A DNA stretch of 64,000 nucleotides from Minisyncoccota bacterium (GTDB lineage Bacteria > Patescibacteriota > Minisyncoccia > Phycocordibacterales > UBA9973): positions 52,590-116,589 of the forward strand of contig JAIPHX010000001.1 of the NCBI GenBank assembly GCA_021734995.1, read 5' to 3'. Numbering within the stretch: the stretch's first letter is position 1; every line of letters begins with the position of its first letter. This document shows, one piece after another, positions 44,445 through 53,829 of this stretch. The translations under genes and the position numbers were made by a program. Below the pieces are notes generated by a model, which was not told where the DNA came from, made no database searches, and saw nothing but the letters and a program-made list of their open reading frames with translations.

Positions 44445-45470
44445 ATGAAAACTAAAAATTTAAAACTAACTGCTGATAATAGAGAAGAAATTTTAAAAGA
44501 AGCTGGAGAAGTAATTCTTTCTGGGGGGTTGGTGGTTTTTCCCACTGAGACAGTGTATGGATTGGGAGCGAATGCATTAAATGAAAGTGCTGTTCAAAAA
44601 ATATTTTTAGCCAAAGGAAGACCATCTGATAATCCCATAATCCTGCATATAGGGGATGAGTCTTGGCTAGATGATCTGGTAGAAAGTGTTTCGGGAACAC
44701 AACAAAAACTAATAGATGCATTTTGGCCTGGGCCCCTTACTTTGATTTTTAAAAAAAAAGAAAATGTTTCTAGTATTGTGTCTGGTGGTCTGGATACTAT
44801 TGCAATCAGAATGCCAAAAAATTCTTTTGCTTTAGATTTATTAAAAAAAGTTGGAGTCCCCATAGGAGCACCTTCTGCTAATATTTCAGGCAAACCAAGT
44901 GCCACAGATGCAAATACTGCTTTTGCAGATTTGTCGGGGCAGGTCTCTTTGATTGTAGATGATGGTTTTTCAAATATCGGCCTAGAATCTACCGTAGTGA
45001 AGGAAGACAATGAAAACATTTTAATTTTACGAGCTGGTTCTGTTACAAAAGAAATGATTGAGGGTGTTGTAAGTAAGCCAGTTTTTTTTGCCACAAAAAA
45101 AGAAGATCTAAATTCTTCTCCAGGGACAAAATACCGACATTATGCCCCAAAGGCCAAGTTGCAAATTATAGCTGGAGATTCTGAGAATATTGGTGAAAAT
45201 CTACTAAAGATAGCAAATGAAAATTTAAAGAATGGGATTAGAGTTGGAATCTTAGGCACAGTAGAAAATATGAATATATATAAAGGGTTTGAGCCAAATG
45301 TTTTTTCTTTGGGTTCAAAAAATGATATGCTTCAAATATCAAGGAATGTGTACAGGGGATTAAGATTTTTTGACGATAAAGATGTAGATCTAATCCTAGT
45401 AGAAGCGTTTGAAGAGAAAGATTTAGGAGTGGCTGTTATGGATAGGTTTAAGAAAGCTTCTGCGGTGTAA
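44445..45470 (+). CDS. tsaC: L-threonylcarbamoyladenylate synthase (Sua5/TsaC family; YrdC domain plus Sua5 C-terminal domain)
   Basis: GGLVVFPTETVYGLGANA...AKGRPSDNPIILHI. Confidence 0.8.
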   Translation: MKTKNLKLTADNREEILKEAGEVILSGGLVVFPTETVYGLGANALNESAVQKIFLAKGRPSDNPIILHIGDESWLDDLVESVSGTQQKLIDAFWPGPLTLIFKKKENVSSIVSGGLDTIAIRMPKNSFALDLLKKVGVPIGAPSANISGKPSATDANTAFADLSGQVSLIVDDGFSNIGLESTVVKEDNENILILRAGSVTKEMIEGVVSKPVFFATKKEDLNSSPGTKYRHYAPKAKLQIIAGDSENIGENLLKIANENLKNGIRVGILGTVENMNIYKGFEPNVFSLGSKNDMLQISRNVYRGLRFFDDKDVDLILVEAFEEKDLGVAVMDRFKKASAV

Positions 45471-45490
45471 AAAAATAAAGACAAAATATT

Positions 45491-46513
45491 ATGACTATAC
45501 AATTTTTAGAAAATTATGATCTGACTCACTTAAATACTTTTGGGGTAAAAGCAAAAGCCAAGTTTTTTGTAGAACTTCAAGAGGAGGGAGATATAAAAGA
45601 ATTATTTTCCTCAGATATTTTTAAAGAAAATAAGAAAATATTTTTAGGGGGAGGGAGTAATACTTTGTTTGTAAATGATTTTGATGGTCTTTTAGTCCTT
45701 AACAGATTAAAAGGAATTTCTATATTAGAAGAAAATGAAGAAAGTATATTGTTACGAGTGATGAGTGGTGAGAATTGGCATGATTTTGTGATGTATTCTG
45801 TAAATAAAGGATTGTGGGGGATAGAGAGTTTGGCACTAATCCCAGGGACTGTCGGAGGGGCTCCTGTACAAAATATTGGTGCCTATGGAGCGGAAGCCAA
45901 GAATACTATAGTAGAGGTAGAGAGTTATGAAATGTTGAATGGTGAAAAAAAGATTTTACAAAACAATGAATGTCAATTTGGTTATCGCGATAGTGCTTTT
46001 AAAAATTCTTTAAAAGGAAAAGTCTTTATTTCTGCTGTTCTTTTTAAATTAAACAAAAAGTCTTCTAGTGTCCCTAAGTATGAAGCATTAGATAAATATT
46101 TAAAAGAAAAAAATTTAGTAATTAAAACCTCTAAAGATATTAGTGAGGCGGTGATAGAAGTTAGGCAAAGTAAACTCCCTGATCCAAAAATAGTAGGCAA
46201 TTCGGGTAGTTTTTTTAAAAATGTTTTTGTTCAAAAAGAGAAAATTGAAGATCTTCAAGTTGGATACCCAGATTTGCCTTTTTTTGAAGATGAGGGGATT
46301 TACAAGATACCTGCTGGGTGGCTGATAGAAAAAGCTGGATGGAAGGGCAAGAGTGAGGGGAATGTAGGAGTGCACGACAAGCAAGCATTAGTCCTTATAA
46401 ACAAAGGTGGGGCGACAGGTATGGAGGTTAAAAATTTCTCAGAAAAAATCATACAATCAATTTTAGAAAAATTCAACTTGAAATTAGAGCGAGAAGTGAA
46501 TATAATAGAGTAA
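45491..46513 (+). CDS. murB: UDP-N-acetylenolpyruvoylglucosamine reductase
   Basis: FAD-binding motifs (FLGGGSNTLF, GIESLALIPGTVGGAPVQNIGAYG) and a C-terminal MurB domain. Confidence 0.8.
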   Translation: MTIQFLENYDLTHLNTFGVKAKAKFFVELQEEGDIKELFSSDIFKENKKIFLGGGSNTLFVNDFDGLLVLNRLKGISILEENEESILLRVMSGENWHDFVMYSVNKGLWGIESLALIPGTVGGAPVQNIGAYGAEAKNTIVEVESYEMLNGEKKILQNNECQFGYRDSAFKNSLKGKVFISAVLFKLNKKSSSVPKYEALDKYLKEKNLVIKTSKDISEAVIEVRQSKLPDPKIVGNSGSFFKNVFVQKEKIEDLQVGYPDLPFFEDEGIYKIPAGWLIEKAGWKGKSEGNVGVHDKQALVLINKGGATGMEVKNFSEKIIQSILEKFNLKLEREVNIIE

Positions 46514-46534
46514 TTAGAATTAATAACATTATTT

Positions 46535-47044
46535 ATGAATAGCAAACAAATAACATATTGGATTATCTTTTTGGTTGTCGTCGTTGCTTTGGTATTTATT
46601 ACAATTAACAAAAAAGAACCAACTTCAGAGACTGAGGAGGTTTCTTTACAAGATTCAAGTATGCAAGATCAAAATACACAAGATTCTGGTGAAGTTTCAT
46701 CAAGTAAGGGTTTTGAATATAAAATTTTAACTCAAGGAACAGGTGAAGTAGCAAAAGCAGGAGATTTAGTTAGTGTAAATTACACAGGTTCTCTTGTAGA
46801 TGGTACAGTCTTTGATTCAAATGTAGATCCAAAATTTAGCCATGTAGAGCCATTTACTTTTGATCTTGGAGCAGGGATGGTTATAAGAGGATGGGATGAA
46901 GGATTGGTTGGTATGAGAGTAGGAGAAAAAAGAGTATTAGAAATTTCTCCAGAGTATGCTTATGGTGAAAGGGGAGCAGGCGGAGTTATTCCACCAAACG
47001 CTACTTTAGTTTTTGAGGTTGAATTATTAGCAATAGAAAAATAA
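46535..47044 (+). CDS. FKBP-type peptidyl-prolyl cis-trans isomerase with an N-terminal membrane anchor
   Basis: GDLVSVNYTGSLVDGTVFDSN...FTFDLGAGMVIRGWDEGLVGMRVGEKRVLEISPEYAYG...ATLVFEVELL. Confidence 0.8.
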   Translation: MNSKQITYWIIFLVVVVALVFITINKKEPTSETEEVSLQDSSMQDQNTQDSGEVSSSKGFEYKILTQGTGEVAKAGDLVSVNYTGSLVDGTVFDSNVDPKFSHVEPFTFDLGAGMVIRGWDEGLVGMRVGEKRVLEISPEYAYGERGAGGVIPPNATLVFEVELLAIEK

Positions 47045-47058
47045 ATAAATAAATTAAT

Positions 47059-47838
47059 ATGGATATATTTAACACACACAAAAAGAATTTGTACGTGATT
47101 GGGTTCGTGCTTTTATTAGTCCTTTCAGTATATGTAATCATTCTTTCAATAAATAGCTTGCGATATGGATCAAATGATTCTATGCAAATACAGAATGTTA
47201 TTACTGTTTCAGGAAAAGGAGAAGTAAAAGTAGTACCAGATGTAGCAAATGTCAATTTTACAATTCGTAAAGAATCAAAAACTGTAAAAGAGGCACAAGA
47301 CGGGGTTTCAAAAGTTGAAGTAAAGGTATTAGAAGTTTTAACAGAAAATAAAATAGATCAAAAAGATATCAAAACTCTATCTGTTGGGTTTAATCCAAAA
47401 TATGAATATGTATATGAAGGATTCAATAAACCAGGAAAAAATATCATAGTAGGGTATGAAGCTTATGAATCATTGGAAGTAAAAATTAGAGATATAGATA
47501 GTACTGGAAAACTTATTCAAGAATTGAGTGCTTTACAGGTAAATGATTTAAATGGACCAAATTTTTCAGTAGATGATGAAGATTTTTTGAAAGCTGAAGC
47601 TAGAAAACTTGCAATAGAAGATGCAAAGAAAAAAGCGAAAGACCTTTCAAAAGGATTGGGAGTAAAATTGGGTAAAGTTGTAAGCTTTAATGAGGGCGAA
47701 TCATACCCAGTGCCTATGTATGATACTGTAATGACAATGTCTGCAAAGACAGAATCTGGTGGAGCAATTCTCCCTCAGTTATCAAAAGGAGAGAATACTA
47801 TCAGTTCAAATGTAACAATCACATACCAAATACACTAA
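47059..47838 (+). CDS. SIMPL/DUF541-domain protein with an N-terminal TM anchor
   Basis: VITVSGKGEVKVVPDVANVNFTIR..., the typical beginning of a SIMPL domain. Confidence 0.6.
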   Translation: MDIFNTHKKNLYVIGFVLLLVLSVYVIILSINSLRYGSNDSMQIQNVITVSGKGEVKVVPDVANVNFTIRKESKTVKEAQDGVSKVEVKVLEVLTENKIDQKDIKTLSVGFNPKYEYVYEGFNKPGKNIIVGYEAYESLEVKIRDIDSTGKLIQELSALQVNDLNGPNFSVDDEDFLKAEARKLAIEDAKKKAKDLSKGLGVKLGKVVSFNEGESYPVPMYDTVMTMSAKTESGGAILPQLSKGENTISSNVTITYQIH

Positions 47839-47877
47839 TTGGATTTGACTTTTTTGGGATAAAGAGTATATTTAAAA

Positions 47878-47899
47878 GAGCCCCTGAGGGGGCTTTTTT
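47878..47899 (+). terminator. Rho-independent terminator
   Basis: gcccc-tgag-ggggc followed by tttttt. Confidence 0.55.
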
Positions 47900-47919
47900 A
47901 AGAGGATTCATTTAATATT

Positions 47920-48099
47920 ATGTCAAAAATAACTAATTATTTTAAAGAAGTACAAGGTGAGTTAAAACACGTTGTGTGGCCTAGTAAATTACAAACAATA
48001 CACTACACTATTATCGTGGTGGTTTTGTCGGTATTAGTAGCATATTTCTTAGGAGTTTTTGATTTTATCTTCTTAAGAATGTTAAATTTGATAGTTTAA
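47920..48099 (+). CDS. secE: Preprotein translocase subunit SecE (59 aa; below the ORF-track length cutoff)
   Basis: MSKITNYFKEVQGELKHVVWPSKLQTIHYTIIVVVLSVLVAYFLGVFDFIFLRMLNLIV has the conserved SecE layout with one TM helix. It sits immediately upstream of nusG as in the canonical secE-nusG-rplK arrangement. Confidence 0.7.
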   Translation: MSKITNYFKEVQGELKHVVWPSKLQTIHYTIIVVVLSVLVAYFLGVFDFIFLRMLNLIV

Positions 48100-48104
48100 A
48101 AAAT

Positions 48105-48650
48105 ATGTCAAAACAAGAAAATCAAGGAGGAAGAAATTGGTATGCAATTCATACATATGCTGGATATGAGAATGTTGTCTTGCGTAATTTAAAACAACGT
48201 ATAGATTCTTTGATGATGCATGAAAAGATATTTAATGTGGTTGTACCAGTAGAAAAGAAAATAAAAATAAAAGGAGGTAAAAGAGTAGAAGTAGAGGAAA
48301 AAATATATCCAGGCTATGTGTTGGTGGATATGGTTGTTACAGATGATTCTTGGTATGTGGTTCGTAATACTCCTCGCGTTACAGGATTCGTTGGAGCAGG
48401 AGTAAATCCTGTACCTCTAAAAAAAGAAGAAGTAGATTTCTTGTTTAAGAAAATGGACGGAGGTCCAGCTAAACACAATATTGACTTAGCTCTTGGAGAA
48501 ATGGTAAAAATCACAGATGGACCATTTAGGGATCTGGAAGGAAAAGTAGATGCAATAGATGAAGAGAGAGGAAAGGTAAAAGTATTAGTTTCAATGTTTG
48601 GTCGAGAAACCCCCGTAGAATTAGATTTCTTGCAAGTTAAGAAAACATAG
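48105..48650 (+). CDS. nusG: Transcription termination/antitermination factor NusG
   Basis: NGN domain (WYAIHTYAGYENVV) and a C-terminal KOW (GEMVKITDGPFRDLEGKV). Confidence 0.85.
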   Translation: MSKQENQGGRNWYAIHTYAGYENVVLRNLKQRIDSLMMHEKIFNVVVPVEKKIKIKGGKRVEVEEKIYPGYVLVDMVVTDDSWYVVRNTPRVTGFVGAGVNPVPLKKEEVDFLFKKMDGGPAKHNIDLALGEMVKITDGPFRDLEGKVDAIDEERGKVKVLVSMFGRETPVELDFLQVKKT

Positions 48651-48682
48651 GGTAATCTGTATTAGTAAATTTATAAAATATT

Positions 48683-49105
48683 ATGGCAAAAAAAGTAACA
48701 AAAAAAATAAAACTTCAAGTTCCAGCAGGTAAAGCTACTCCAGCTCCACCACTTGGGCCCGCTTTGGGACAAGCAGGTATCAATATCGGAGACTTTGTAA
48801 CAAAGTTTAATGCTGCTACTCAAAAGATGATTGGAGATATAGTATCTGTTAATGTTTCTGTATATGAAGATAGAAGCTATGACTTTGTCGTCAAGACTCC
48901 ACCTGTAAGTGGACTTATTCTAAAAGCAGCAGGTGTGGCAAAAGGATCAGGTAAAAATACTGTTACCAAAGCAGGTAAGATCACTAAAGCGCAAGCTCAG
49001 GAGATAGCAGAAAAGAAAATGTCTGATTTGAATGCAAAAGACATGGAAGGAGCTATCAGAATTGTAGCAGGCTCAGCTCGCTCTATGGGTATAGATGTAA
49101 AATAA
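48683..49105 (+). CDS. rplK: 50S ribosomal protein L11
   Basis: [26 protein letters not shown]. Confidence 0.9.
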   Translation: MAKKVTKKIKLQVPAGKATPAPPLGPALGQAGINIGDFVTKFNAATQKMIGDIVSVNVSVYEDRSYDFVVKTPPVSGLILKAAGVAKGSGKNTVTKAGKITKAQAQEIAEKKMSDLNAKDMEGAIRIVAGSARSMGIDVK

Positions 49106-49128
49106 TAAGATATTTTAAACTCAAAAAA

Positions 49129-49156
49129 AACCAATCCAAAAGATTGGTTTTTTTTA
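49129..49156 (+). terminator. Rho-independent terminator after rplK
   Basis: aaccaatc-caaaa-gattggtt followed by ttttttttt. Confidence 0.55.
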
Positions 49157-49185
49157 TTGGAAAACTAGTTTTTCATAGTTTTTAG

Positions 49186-49680
49186 ATGTATAATTTATAT
49201 ATGAAAAGAGAGAGGCCTTCATGGGATGAATATTTTTTAGGAATGGTAGAGTATGTAGGCTCTAGGGCGACCTGTGATAGGGGTAGAAGTGGCTGTGTGA
49301 TTGTCAGAGATAAAAGGGTCATTTCTACTGGATATGTGGGCTCACCTCCAGGAGTTCCTCATTGTGATGATGTAGGGCATGAGATGCATACAGTTGTGAA
49401 TGAAGATGGTACTCAGTCTATGCATTGTATTAGGACTGCTCACGCTGAACAAAATGCTATCTCCCAAGCATCCCGTTTTGGAGTAGCATTAGAAGGAGCA
49501 ACCCTTTATTGTAAAATGACTCCTTGCTACTCTTGTGCCAAAAGTATAATTACTGCAGGTATCAAAAAAGTAGTGACTGCTAAAGACTATCATGCAGGAG
49601 AGAAAAGCAAAGCTATTTTAAAAGAAGCCGGAGTAGAGCTAAGTATATTGGGGGAAATGGAAGCTTATGATAAGCAATAA
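49186..49680 (+). CDS. dCMP deaminase (CMP/dCMP deaminase zinc-binding family)
   Basis: HAEQNAI and PCYSCAKSI zinc-ligand motifs. Confidence 0.8.
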   Translation: MYNLYMKRERPSWDEYFLGMVEYVGSRATCDRGRSGCVIVRDKRVISTGYVGSPPGVPHCDDVGHEMHTVVNEDGTQSMHCIRTAHAEQNAISQASRFGVALEGATLYCKMTPCYSCAKSIITAGIKKVVTAKDYHAGEKSKAILKEAGVELSILGEMEAYDKQ

Positions 49681-49773
49681 GAACAAACAAAATGAGAGAA
49701 TCACCAATAAACAATTTAGTACAGAAAAAAATGATTAAAATAAAAAAATTATTAATAAAAGTACTATACAAAA

Positions 49774-50103
49774 ATGATTGATTTAAAAGAATTACAAAAA
49801 GCAGTAAAGAGGAATAAAGAAGAAAAAGGATTTAATACTAATGATGTGTCTTTAGAATTTTGTCGAGCACACGAAGAGCTTTCTGAGGCTTTTTCAAAAT
49901 ACAATAAAGGTCAAGATGGAGTAGGGGAAGAGTTGGCAGATGTAGCAATCTTCCTTTTAGGAATGTCTGAAATTCTTGAAGTTGATTTAGAAAAAGAATT
50001 AGTTAGAAAAATAGAAATAAATAAAAATAGGAAATATACAAAAAGTATTGCCCCAAATGGGAAGCCAATATTTATTAGAGTTAAAACAGACGAAGATCCT
50101 TAA
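49774..50103 (+). CDS. MazG-like nucleoside triphosphate pyrophosphohydrolase (small all-alpha NTP-PPase)
   Basis: EELSEA ... EELADVAIFLLGM EExxE/D motifs. Confidence 0.55.
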   Translation: MIDLKELQKAVKRNKEEKGFNTNDVSLEFCRAHEELSEAFSKYNKGQDGVGEELADVAIFLLGMSEILEVDLEKELVRKIEINKNRKYTKSIAPNGKPIFIRVKTDEDP

Positions 50104-50180
50104 AGAGACCAAGGCAAGAAGGAGGTTTGTTTTAAAAAAATAAACTAAAAAGAAAAAGGGTGAACAAGAAAATATTTTAA

Positions 50181-50708
50181 TTACACTCTCCTGTAAACAT
50201 TAAAATACATATCGTAGGTATTTTCAGAATTTTTTGGAAAATATTCGTTTTTATCCAATTGCCACTCTTCTTTTTTAAATTCAGGGAAAAAAGTATCTGC
50301 CTCCATAGATGCTTCTACTTCTGTGAGATACAGTTTGTTGGCATAGGGTAGGGCGAGTTTGTAAATTTCTGCTCCACCAATGACAAATACTTCTTCTTCA
50401 GAAATATTTTTTAATACTTCTTCTAGCGAAGAGAAAATGGAAATATTTTTTCTGTCTTCTGTTTTTGTATGCTCTATGTTGTAGTGTGGATCTCTGGTAA
50501 TGATTATATTTTTTCTGTTTGGGAGTATTTTACCAGCTTTTCCATTTGTTTCTCCGAGAGATTCAAAAGTTTTTCGTCCCATAATAATAGTATGCCCCCT
50601 AGTAGTTTCTCTGAAATGTTTCATATCAGCAGGTAAATGCCAAAGAAGCTGATTGTTTAGACCAAGCTCTCTGTTTTTTCCTATGGCTGCAATAATTGAA
50701 ATATTCAT
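50181..50708 (-). CDS. folA: Dihydrofolate reductase
   Basis: ISIIAAIGKNRELGLNNQLLWHLPADMKHFRETTRGHTIIMGRKTFES. Confidence 0.85.
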   Translation of the reverse strand: MNISIIAAIGKNRELGLNNQLLWHLPADMKHFRETTRGHTIIMGRKTFESLGETNGKAGKILPNRKNIIITRDPHYNIEHTKTEDRKNISIFSSLEEVLKNISEEEVFVIGGAEIYKLALPYANKLYLTEVEASMEADTFFPEFKKEEWQLDKNEYFPKNSENTYDMYFNVYRRV

Positions 50709-50713
50709 ATTTT

Positions 50714-51655
50714 TTAAACTGCAATTGGTGCTTTTATCGCTTCGTGTGGATTGTAATCTGTCAGTTCAAAATCATCAATATTAAAATCTTCTAAATCTTT
50801 TTTTACAGGATTGATTTTCATTTTTGGGAGGGGGCGAATATCATTTCTCCTAGAGAGCTGTGTTTTTGCTTGTTCAATATGATTGAGATACAAATGAACA
50901 TCTCCACCAGTCCAGACAAATTCTCCAGGCTCTAGCCCTGTGATTTGTGCGACTATCATAGTGAGAAGGGAATATGAAGCAATATTAAAAGGTACTCCCA
51001 AAAATGTGTCACAGCTCCTTTGGTACAATTGGCAAGAAAGTTTTCCATTAGCAACATAAAATTGAAATAGACAATGACAAGGAGGTAGTCCTGCTTTTGC
51101 CATTTCATCTATGTATTCTACATTCCAAGCAGAGACAATCATTCTTCTACTATCAGGAGTGTTTTTTATTTGCTCAATAACTTTAGAAAGCTGATCTATG
51201 TGTCCGTTGTCTTTTGTCGGCCAAGAACGCCACTGATATCCGTAGATTGGTCCGAGATCGCCATATTCTTTAGCAAAACTATCCTCTTCTTTTATTTTCC
51301 TGACAAATTCTTTGATTCCAGTATTCCATTCTTCACTAGCCACAGCAGGGACTTTTAAATTATTTTTAATTAAATATGCTTTAAATGGCCACTCGTCCCA
51401 TATGTGGACATTGTTGTCTGCTAGATATTTTAGGTTGGTATCTCCACGCATAAACCACAAGAGTTCATGAATGATAGCTTTCATTGGAATTTTTTTTGTT
51501 GTCAAAAGAGGGAAGCCATTTCCTAAGTCAAATCGCATTTGATAACCCAAGACACTTTTGGTGCCTGTGCCTGTGCGATCTGTTTTCTCAGTGCCATTTT
51601 TTAGTAGATGTTCAAGCAATTCAAGATATGATTCATCTGGATGTTTATTTTGCAT
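50714..51655 (-). CDS. thyA: Thymidylate synthase (ThyA, folate-dependent)
   Basis: RTGTGT, LPPCH active-site Cys region ([13 protein letters not shown]), [10 protein letters not shown]. Confidence 0.9.
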   Translation of the reverse strand: MQNKHPDESYLELLEHLLKNGTEKTDRTGTGTKSVLGYQMRFDLGNGFPLLTTKKIPMKAIIHELLWFMRGDTNLKYLADNNVHIWDEWPFKAYLIKNNLKVPAVASEEWNTGIKEFVRKIKEEDSFAKEYGDLGPIYGYQWRSWPTKDNGHIDQLSKVIEQIKNTPDSRRMIVSAWNVEYIDEMAKAGLPPCHCLFQFYVANGKLSCQLYQRSCDTFLGVPFNIASYSLLTMIVAQITGLEPGEFVWTGGDVHLYLNHIEQAKTQLSRRNDIRPLPKMKINPVKKDLEDFNIDDFELTDYNPHEAIKAPIAV

Positions 51656-51770
51656 CTATTCATTATATCAAAAGTAAACTTTTTTAGTAAATTTGGTATG
51701 CTCTTATTTTTTGTATGTATGATGTTTAATGGTCTAAGTGCTCATTAGGTATTAAAGGGACACAAAAACA

Positions 51771-51799
51771 TTGACAAAAACATTGTTTAGTGCTACACT
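51771..51799 (+). promoter_or_regulatory. Sigma70-like promoter (TTGACA-17-TACACT) upstream of the DEAD-box helicase, with a 5' leader of about 140 nt
   Basis: ttgacaaaaacattgtttagtgctacact. Confidence 0.4.
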
Positions 51800-51940
51800 C
51801 TTTTAATCATTCTCATGAGCATTCGGCTCACTAATTAATAAATAACGAGACTGATGCCTTGCTTTAGAAGCAAGCAGTTGTGGAAATCAATGTATGACTT
51901 TTTTGTCGCTTAGTTGATCGCCATGGCAAAAAAGTAATAT

Positions 51941-53398
51941 ATGATACAAAAACGCAATTTTGCGCGTTCCTCTAGTGGAGGAGCACGTCCAGTTTCTCGT
52001 GTTGCACGAGGTAATAAATCAGCTAGTTCTGCTAGTAGTACTTCTTTTAAAAAGAAGAGTTTTTCTGGTGCAAGGACTTCTACCAGTGCTAGGACTTCTA
52101 GTGGTGTAAAAACTTCTAGTGGTAGTGGAAGATCTTTCGGTAGTAGTACACATTCTAGCCATAGTAGCTTTCCAAGAAGGGAAAGTTCTTTTGGCGGTAG
52201 TCGTTCTTTTGGCGGTAGATTTGGCCAAAGGAATAGTGGGGGAGGAAGTAGAGGAGGAAGTAGTTTTGGAGGAGGTAGAAGAGGGGGAGGAAGAAGCGGA
52301 GGAAGGATAGACTTTTCTCGTTTCATTAAAAAGGCGGAAAAAGTAGAAGAAAAAGAATATGTCTCCAAACATACTTTTTCTGATTTTCCATTTCATGCAC
52401 AGATTCAAAAAAATATTGCCAAGAAGGGATATATTCACCCAAGACCAATCCAAGACCAAGCTATTCCTAGTGTTCTAGAAGGAAAAGATGTTTTTGGTTT
52501 GGCAAATACAGGTACAGGGAAGACTGCTGCTTTTTTACTTCCTTTGATTGATAAAGTAATTAAAGATAAATCAGAAAAAGTATTGGTGCTTGCTCCTACT
52601 AGAGAGCTTGCTATTCAAATAGAAGAAGAATTAAGAACTCTTGCTTCTGCTTCTGGTCTGTATGGAGTTGTGGTTGTTGGTGGATTGCCAATAATGAAAC
52701 AAATAAGAGAAGTAGAAAGGGGAGTTTCTTTTGTTATAGGTACCCCAGGAAGAGTAATGGATTTAATAAAAAGAAAAGTTTTAGATCTTAGTACATACAA
52801 AAATGTTGTATTAGATGAAGCAGATAGAATGCTTGATATGGGATTTAGAGATGATATGGTTACGATTATCGGCAAAACTGCTCCAGAAAGACAAACTCTT
52901 TTTTTCTCAGCTACTCTTTCTGCTGAAATTAAAAAACTATCAGTTGATTTTTTGAAAAATCCTGTTTTTATTTCAGTTGTATCTGGAGAGACTGCAAAAA
53001 ATATTGATCAAGATGTTGTCCGCACTAAAAGTAAAGAAGATAAAATAGAAAAATTGCATGAGCTTTTAAATGAAGAAAAAATCAGTAAAGTTTTGATTTT
53101 TAGAGAAATGAAACACAGTGTGGATGACTTAGCCAAAGAACTTTCAGGAAGAGGTTTTAAGGTTGGAGGTATTCATGGAGATAAAAGAAGCAGAGAACGT
53201 ATTCGTATCCTAGAATCTTTTAAAAAAGATCACATAACAATTCTTATTGCTACTGATGTGGCAGCTAGAGGGCTTGATATCCCAGATGTATCTCATGTTA
53301 TCAACTATGACATACCACAAAACTACGAGACTTATGTGCACCGTATTGGCCGTACAGGGCGCTCAGGTAAAAAAGGAGTAGCTCTAACATTTATATAG
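51941..53398 (+). CDS. DEAD-box ATP-dependent RNA helicase with an N-terminal Arg/Gly/Ser-rich low-complexity extension of about 130 aa
   Basis: Q-motif or motif I (GLANTGTGKTAAFLLP), DEAD (VLDEADRMLDMGF), SAT, HRIGRTGRSG. The N-terminus has RGG/SSG repeats (GGSRGGSSFGGGRRGGGRSGGR). Confidence 0.85.
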   Translation: MIQKRNFARSSSGGARPVSRVARGNKSASSASSTSFKKKSFSGARTSTSARTSSGVKTSSGSGRSFGSSTHSSHSSFPRRESSFGGSRSFGGRFGQRNSGGGSRGGSSFGGGRRGGGRSGGRIDFSRFIKKAEKVEEKEYVSKHTFSDFPFHAQIQKNIAKKGYIHPRPIQDQAIPSVLEGKDVFGLANTGTGKTAAFLLPLIDKVIKDKSEKVLVLAPTRELAIQIEEELRTLASASGLYGVVVVGGLPIMKQIREVERGVSFVIGTPGRVMDLIKRKVLDLSTYKNVVLDEADRMLDMGFRDDMVTIIGKTAPERQTLFFSATLSAEIKKLSVDFLKNPVFISVVSGETAKNIDQDVVRTKSKEDKIEKLHELLNEEKISKVLIFREMKHSVDDLAKELSGRGFKVGGIHGDKRSRERIRILESFKKDHITILIATDVAARGLDIPDVSHVINYDIPQNYETYVHRIGRTGRSGKKGVALTFI

Positions 53399-53421
53399 TT
53401 TTTAAAAAAATAGCACAAAAA

Positions 53422-53447
53422 AAGCATCCTCTTGGGATGCTTTTTTT
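53422..53447. terminator. Bidirectional rho-independent terminator between the helicase gene and rpmB
   Basis: gcatcc-tcttg-ggatgc flanked by an A-run and a T-run. Confidence 0.55.
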
Positions 53448-53456
53448 GTGCACTTG

Positions 53457-53705
53457 TTAAGCTTTTAGTAAGCCAGCTTTTTTGAGAGTAGCATAAGCAC
53501 CATTTTTCTTTAGAGTGCGTAGTCCTTGAGTGGATATTGTGACAATTACAGACTTATTTAGTTCAGGTACAAAAATTCTCTTCTTTTGAAGATTTAAGTA
53601 TTTTCTAGATTTACCAGTAGGGTTGAATTTTGTGGCACGAGTACGGTTGGAGTATCCTCCTCCGACAATTGAACCCTTTTTTGTTATTGCGCATGTTTTC
53701 GCCAT
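53457..53705 (-). CDS. rpmB: 50S ribosomal protein L28
   Basis: MAKTCAITKKGSIVGGGYSNRTRATKFNPTG... Confidence 0.8.
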   Translation of the reverse strand: MAKTCAITKKGSIVGGGYSNRTRATKFNPTGKSRKYLNLQKKRIFVPELNKSVIVTISTQGLRTLKKNGAYATLKKAGLLKA

Positions 53706-53829
53706 GATTTTTTTATGCTATCATAAGAATGAAGGAAAAGCAATATTTCTAAATTTGTTTTTGAACGTTTGTTTTTTCTTTAAATTTTTACTTTATCAAA
53801 CTAGAACGTTTACTTTTAAATATATAAAA

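Noticed and set aside
51910-52459. Minus-strand ORFs 51910..52368 and 52019..52459 inside the 5' part of the DEAD-box helicase gene
   Set aside because: They are antisense to the GC-rich RGG/Ser-repeat coding region. Their products are poly-Leu/Pro and Ser/Thr runs, typical spurious ORFs of low-complexity GC-rich DNA.
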